Source: a virus (lineage: Duplodnaviria; Heunggongvirae; Uroviricota; Caudoviricetes). Taken from it: 42,310 nt of DNA. The notes below the pieces were generated by a model, which was not told the origin of the DNA, searched no databases, and worked only from the letters and a program-made list of their open reading frames with translations. The stretch is from the IMG/VR virus record IMGVR_UViG_643692022_000008. One strand, 5' to 3'. Position numbers and translations under genes: made by a program. This document shows positions 37,915 through 42,310 of this stretch, one piece after another. The first letter of the stretch is position 1, and every line of letters starts with the position of its first letter.

Positions 37915-38464
37915 TTTCACCGGAAGCAATACTCCTGCCGAACATCGCGACAGCTGGCGCACACCACCAGAGATTTTTGCTGCGCTGAATGCAGAGTTCG
38001 ATTTTCAACTTGATGCTGCAGCCAACGAAAAAAACCGACTATGTCGGCTTTTTATCTCACAGGAGCAGAACACATTAACCACTTCATGGCCTGAAGCAAT
38101 GGGATATGCCTCTGGTTATGTCTGGTTGAATCCACCATACAGCAATATTTCCCCTTTTGTGAAAAAGGCAGCCACTGAAAACAAATTCAGTAGTGTGGGA
38201 TGTGTAATGTTATTGCCTGCTGACACATCTGTCGGATGGTTTCATGAAGCGATACAAACCGCCAGTGAGGTCAGATTCATCACGGCAGGACGACTGGCAT
38301 TTATTAACCCACTCACCGGGAAACCCGTCAGTGGAAATAATAAAGGCTCGATGCTCATTATCTGGCACCCATACCCCCGTACACACTGCCACTTTACGAC
38401 CGTTGATCGTGGCGAGTTGATGGCGTTCGGCTCAAGGATTCTTGCCCGTCGGGAGGCTGCATGA
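37907..38464 (+). CDS. DNA N6-adenine methyltransferase (phage Dam-like, NPPY motif)
   Basis: 185-aa ORF with DAAAN motif (FQLDAAANEKN) and catalytic NPPY (WLNPPYS). Confidence 0.8.
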   Translation: MTDFTGSNTPAEHRDSWRTPPEIFAALNAEFDFQLDAAANEKNRLCRLFISQEQNTLTTSWPEAMGYASGYVWLNPPYSNISPFVKKAATENKFSSVGCVMLLPADTSVGWFHEAIQTASEVRFITAGRLAFINPLTGKPVSGNNKGSMLIIWHPYPRTHCHFTTVDRGELMAFGSRILARREAA

Positions 38465-38544
38465 CAACCACGGAATGCATTTTTCTGGCAGCGGGCTTCA
38501 TATTCTGCGTGCTTATGCTTGCCGACATGGGGCTTGTTCAATGA
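38461..38544 (+). CDS. Putative 27-aa hydrophobic peptide (MTTTECIFLAAGFIFCVLMLADMGLVQ)
   Basis: ATG overlaps the methyltransferase stop (ATGA 38461-38464) and its stop overlaps the next ATG (38541-38544); single predicted TM helix. Not in the ORF track (<60 aa). Confidence 0.35.
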   Translation: MTTTECIFLAAGFIFCVLMLADMGLVQ

Positions 38545-38756
38545 CACCTCAGCAGGAAAACACCCTTCGCAGCATTGCCCGTCAGGCTAATTCTGAAATC
38601 AAAAAAGCCAGACAGCAGTGTCCGGATAAAAACGTCGATGACATTTGCCGTAGCGTACTGAAGAAGCACCGCGAAACAGTAACGATGATGGGATTCACAC
38701 CGACTCATTTAAGCCTGGCGATCGGCATGTTAAACGGCGTCTTTAAGGAACGGTGA
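38541..38756 (+). CDS. Hypothetical small phage protein
   Basis: 71-aa ORF starting at ATG 38541 (MTPQQENTLRSIARQ...), translationally coupled to the upstream peptide ORF. Confidence 0.5.
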   Translation: MTPQQENTLRSIARQANSEIKKARQQCPDKNVDDICRSVLKKHRETVTMMGFTPTHLSLAIGMLNGVFKER

Positions 38757-38854
38757 GCATGAAAAACAAAATCATCATGGAGCTACAGGCTCCTTTTTTA
38801 TTATTCGCATTCACCCTCAAGCGTATTAACCAACAATTCAGGGATTAATGAAAG

Positions 38855-39073
38855 ATGGCAGACATCATTGATTCAGCATCAGAAATTGAAGAATTACAGC
38901 GCAACACAGCAATAAAAATGCGCCGCCTGAACCACCAGGCTATATCTGCCACTCATTGTTGTGAGTGTGGCGATCCGATAGATGAACGAAGACGCCTGGC
39001 CGTTCAGGGTTGTCGGACTTGTGCAAGTTGCCAGGAGGAGATCGAACTTAAGAACAAACAATGGGGACTGTGA
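38855..39073 (+). CDS. TraR/DksA-family C4 zinc-finger protein
   Basis: 72-aa protein with CxxC...CxxC (CCECGDPI...CRTCASC). Confidence 0.75.
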   Translation: MADIIDSASEIEELQRNTAIKMRRLNHQAISATHCCECGDPIDERRRLAVQGCRTCASCQEEIELKNKQWGL

Positions 39074-39120
39074 TGGCCTCAAAGCAGCAAATTTCAACAT
39101 CGTCCAATTGAGGTGTAAAA

Positions 39121-39399
39121 ATGTTCAGAATCATTTTTCCTAACACCTGGTACGTCGATCACCACGGCACTCCCTGCAAAATCCTGCGTTCTACCCACAA
39201 CAAAGTTCACTACATCCGAAAAGGCAGAACATGTATCGCCAGCATGTTCCGATTTAATCATGACTTTGAACCTGTGAATAAAGCTGATGCAGATCGGATA
39301 GCAGAAGAGATCGAAACGGCAGAACACATTAAGAAGTTACGTGACATGCGTTCAAAAAGCAGAGGTAACCATGGAATCATACAGCCTCACACTCGATGA
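39121..39399 (+). CDS. Hypothetical phage protein
   Basis: 92-aa ORF upstream of xis. Confidence 0.45.
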   Translation: MFRIIFPNTWYVDHHGTPCKILRSTHNKVHYIRKGRTCIASMFRFNHDFEPVNKADADRIAEEIETAEHIKKLRDMRSKSRGNHGIIQPHTR

Positions 39400-39467
39400 G
39401 GCCTGCCAGCTTCTCAAGATATCCAGACCTACAGCAATCATGTCAATCCAATAAATGGAGACTCCAA

Positions 39468-39815
39468 GTGGAAGAAGAAATCTTCACTCGTGAAGAGGCT
39501 GCGTCGTATCTGAAGGTAGACAAAGGCACTATCACGCAGTGGATACGAAGTGGACGACTTCAAGCCGCAAAGATAAATCCAGATAAACCTAAAAGCCCAT
39601 ATCGCATTTGCAAGTCAGACTGCATTGCGGCGCTTAAGTCTGTGAGACACAATAGCGCGGTGAATGCGGTTGATGTGCAGGAGGTTAAAGCATGTCAATC
39701 AAACTGCGCGGTGGCACATGGCACTGCGATTTCGTCGCGCCAGATGGATCAAGAGTTAGACGCTCTCTTGAAACATCGGACAAAAGGCAAGCGCAAGAAC
39801 TTCACGATCGTCTGA
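39468..39815 (+). CDS. xis: Excisionase-like HTH protein (Xis)
   Basis: Probable GTG start at 39468 with GGAG RBS; HTH (TREEAASYLKVDKGTITQWIRSGRL); overlaps the integrase start, as xis and int overlap in lambda. The exact stop is uncertain. Confidence 0.6.
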   Translation: MEEEIFTREEAASYLKVDKGTITQWIRSGRLQAAKINPDKPKSPYRICKSDCIAALKSVRHNSAVNAVDVQEVKACQSNCAVAHGTAISSRQMDQELDALLKHRTKGKRKNFTIV

Positions 39816-40852
39816 AAGCAGAAGCGTGGAGAGTAAAAAATCTCGGGGAATCACCGAAAAAGCTATTCAAGGAAGCCTGCATACGGTGGCTGCGTGAGAA
39901 ATCGGATAAGAAGTCCATTGATGATGACAAGAGCATTATATCGTTCTGGATGTTGCACTTCAGAGAAACCATTCTCTCTGACATAACAACAGAAAAAATA
40001 ATGGAGGCGGTAGACGGGATGGAAAACCGCCGCCATCGCCTGAACTGGGAGATGAGCCGGGACAGGTGTTTGCGGCTTGGCAAGCCAGTGCCGGAGTATA
40101 AACCAAAGCTGGCAAGCAAAGGAACGAAGACGCGGCATCTGGCAATACTTCGCGCTATTCTCAATATGGCTGTTGAATGGGGATGGCTTGACAGGGCGCC
40201 CAAAATATCAACACCACGCGTTAAGAATGGACGAATCAGATGGCTTACAGAGGAGGAATCGAAGCGCCTGTTTGCAGAAATTGCTCCTCATTTCTTCCCT
40301 GTGGTCATGTTTGCAATCACGACAGGCCTTCGTCGTTCCAACGTTACAGACCTTGAGTGGTCACAGGTCGATCTGGATAAGAAAATGGCATGGATGCACC
40401 CTGATGAAACAAAAGCTGGCAATGCGATCGGAGTTCCTCTTAACGAAACCGCATGCCAGATATTAAGAAAACAGCAGGGGCTCCATAAGAGATGGGTATT
40501 TGTCCACACCAAACCTGCCTACCGAAGCGACGGAACAAAAACAGCAGCGGTAAGGAAGATGAGAACCGACAGCAACAAGGCATGGAAGGGAGCGTTAAAG
40601 CGGGCAGGCATTAGCAACTTCCGCTTCCATGACCTGAGGCATACCTGGGCAAGCTGGCTGGTTCAGTCCGGTGTCTCTCTTCTTGCACTTAAAGAGATGG
40701 GAGGATGGGAAACTCTCGAAATGGTTCAAAGATACGCCCACCTTTCAGCTGGGCATCTCACCGAGCACGCGAGCAAAATCGATGCGATTATAAGTCGCAA
40801 TGGCACAAATACGGCACAGGAGGAGAACGTAGTTTACTTAAATGCGAGGTAA
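39692..40852 (+). CDS. int: Tyrosine site-specific integrase
   Basis: 386-aa ORF ending 14 bp before the tRNA 3' end; C-terminal catalytic region [10 protein letters not shown]...RYAHL. Confidence 0.92.
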   Translation: MSIKLRGGTWHCDFVAPDGSRVRRSLETSDKRQAQELHDRLKAEAWRVKNLGESPKKLFKEACIRWLREKSDKKSIDDDKSIISFWMLHFRETILSDITTEKIMEAVDGMENRRHRLNWEMSRDRCLRLGKPVPEYKPKLASKGTKTRHLAILRAILNMAVEWGWLDRAPKISTPRVKNGRIRWLTEEESKRLFAEIAPHFFPVVMFAITTGLRRSNVTDLEWSQVDLDKKMAWMHPDETKAGNAIGVPLNETACQILRKQQGLHKRWVFVHTKPAYRSDGTKTAAVRKMRTDSNKAWKGALKRAGISNFRFHDLRHTWASWLVQSGVSLLALKEMGGWETLEMVQRYAHLSAGHLTEHASKIDAIISRNGTNTAQEENVVYLNAR

Positions 40853-40866
40853 CTTATTGATTTAGA

Positions 40867-40942
40867 TGGTGCCGATAATAGGAGTCGAACCTACGACCTT
40901 CGCATTACGAATGCGCTGCTCTACCAACTGAGCTATATCGGC
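40867..40942 (-). tRNA. thrW: tRNA-Thr (anticodon CGU), thrW-like; 3' 46 nt form the att core
   Basis: Reverse complement reads GCCGATATAGCTCAGTTGGTAGAGCAGCGCATTCGTAATGCGAAGGTCGTAGGTTCGACTCCTATTATCGGCACCA: cloverleaf with CGT anticodon and encoded CCA. Confidence 0.95.
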
Positions 40943-41056
40943 CCTGAAAGGACATGTTCACGAGCGTGAATCACGGTGGACAAGGTTAAAACTAACCGGG
41001 CGATGCGTCAATGGCCTTGTGAATCAAATGGCTACTTTTGCATCACCCGGTTTTAT

Positions 41057-42310
41057 TTATGCACGAATGGTGTAATCACCAATGCCGATCCACTTGTAGG
41101 TGGTCAGAGCTTCCAGGCCCATCGGGCCACGCGCGTGAAGTTTTTGTGTGCTTACCGCCACTTCCGCACCCAGTCCAAACTGGCCGCCGTCGGTAAAACG
41201 CGTAGAGGCGTTAACGTAAACAGCGGACGAATCCACTTCGTTAACAAAACGCTGGGCGTTGCGCATATCGCGGGTCAGGATCGCATCGGAGTGTTGTGTG
41301 CCGTGTTCACGAATATGGGCGATGGCATCGTCAAGATCGCTGACGATTTTGACGTTCAAATCTAATGACAGAAACTCATCGTCATACTCTTCCGCTTTAA
41401 CAGCCACCACCTTCGCGGGGCCTGTCTGCAACTGCGCCAGTGCACCTGCATCAGCGTGTAACGTCACGCCACTTTCCGCCATTTGCTTGCTTAATGCGGG
41501 CAGGAAGCTATCTGCGATGTTTTTATTTACCAGCAACGTTTCTACCGTATTACACGTGCTCGGGCGCTGAGTTTTCGCGTTGACAATCACTTTCAATGCT
41601 TCAGCGATCTCTGCACTTTCATCAACGTAAATATGGCATACGCCTATACCACCTGTGATTACCGGAATCGTCGACTGCTCGCGGCACAGTTTATGCAACC
41701 CAGCCCCGCCGCGTGGGATCAGCATGTCGATGTATTTATCCATACGCAGCAGTTCACTGACCAGCGCACGGTCAGGATTATCAATCGCCTGCACGGCACC
41801 CGCCGGTAAACCGCAGGAATTCAGAGCATCCTGAATCACCGCCACCGTTGCAGCGTTAGTGCGACAGGTTTCTTTGCCGCCGCGCAGGATCACTGCATTA
41901 CCGGTTTTCAGGCACAGTGAAGCAACATCAACCGTCACGTTCGGGCGCGCTTCATAAATTACACCAATCACCCCCAGCGGTACGCGACGGCGTTCCAGAC
42001 GCAGGCCGCTGTCCAGCACCCCGCCATCAATTACCTGCCCCACCGGATCAGCGAGGTTACACACCTGGCGCACATCATCGGCAATGCCTTTCAGCCGCGC
42101 GGGCGTCAACGCCAGACGATCAAGCATCGCGTCACTAAGACCATTGGCACGCGCGTCAGCAACATCCTGGGCGTTAGCATTGAGGATGCTTTCGCTTTGT
42201 GCTTCCAGTTCATCGGCGATTTTTTCCAGCACGCGATTTTTTTCGCGGCTGGAGAGTTGCGCTAATTTATACGAGGCTTGCTTTGCGGCAATGCCCATTT
42301 GTTCCAGCAT
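41057..42310 (-). CDS. proA: Gamma-glutamyl phosphate reductase ProA
   Basis: 417-aa [43 protein letters not shown]... matches E. coli ProA; start codon is at the window edge. Confidence 0.95.
   Translation of the reverse strand: MLEQMGIAAKQASYKLAQLSSREKNRVLEKIADELEAQSESILNANAQDVADARANGLSDAMLDRLALTPARLKGIADDVRQVCNLADPVGQVIDGGVLDSGLRLERRRVPLGVIGVIYEARPNVTVDVASLCLKTGNAVILRGGKETCRTNAATVAVIQDALNSCGLPAGAVQAIDNPDRALVSELLRMDKYIDMLIPRGGAGLHKLCREQSTIPVITGGIGVCHIYVDESAEIAEALKVIVNAKTQRPSTCNTVETLLVNKNIADSFLPALSKQMAESGVTLHADAGALAQLQTGPAKVVAVKAEEYDDEFLSLDLNVKIVSDLDDAIAHIREHGTQHSDAILTRDMRNAQRFVNEVDSSAVYVNASTRFTDGGQFGLGAEVAVSTQKLHARGPMGLEALTTYKWIGIGDYTIRA

Larger units (their letters stand above)
408..40912. 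mobile_element. Lambdoid prophage with P2-like contractile tail, integrated at tRNA-Thr (thrW)
   Basis: Bounded by direct att repeats; integrase next to the intact tRNA; complete set of morphogenesis, lysis, replication, immunity and recombination genes in lambda prophage order. Confidence 0.9.

Overview
The window is an Enterobacteriaceae chromosomal segment (E. coli/Shigella-like proA and tRNA-Thr thrW at the right end) almost entirely occupied by a ~40.5 kb lambdoid prophage integrated into thrW. It is bounded by the intact tRNA (40867-40942) and a 46-bp copy of the tRNA 3' end (421-466). A truncated second integrase (75-335) just outside the distal att copy suggests a tandem array of elements at this tRNA. 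Reading left to right, the prophage carries: a P2-like contractile tail module; a lambda-like head and packaging module; the cos region and bor; a phage-21-type lysis cassette; AT-rich cargo genes at the Q-S position (AraC-family regulator, DUF523/DUF1722 YbgA-like protein, Blc lipocalin); Q; a DLP12-like nin region (rusA, ybcO, ninE, ybcN) with further AT-rich hypothetical genes; Ren-like, P, and O with ori iterons; a YdaS/YdaT-like pair; the OR/cI immunity region; Gam/Bet/Exo; a Dam-like methyltransferase; a TraR-like zinc finger; xis and int. The strongest candidate for an undescribed system is an AT-rich two-gene operon at 33583-35231, sitting between cI and the OL-like operators exactly where lambda carries rexAB. 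It encodes an HTH-ImmA/IrrE-type HEXXH metallopeptidase translationally coupled to a DUF4411 PIN-like protein, and I interpret it as a lysogeny-expressed defence or toxin-antitoxin-like module. All protein identifications are from reading the ORF translations and from remembered family sequences; no database search was run, and novelty cannot be confirmed from the sequence alone.
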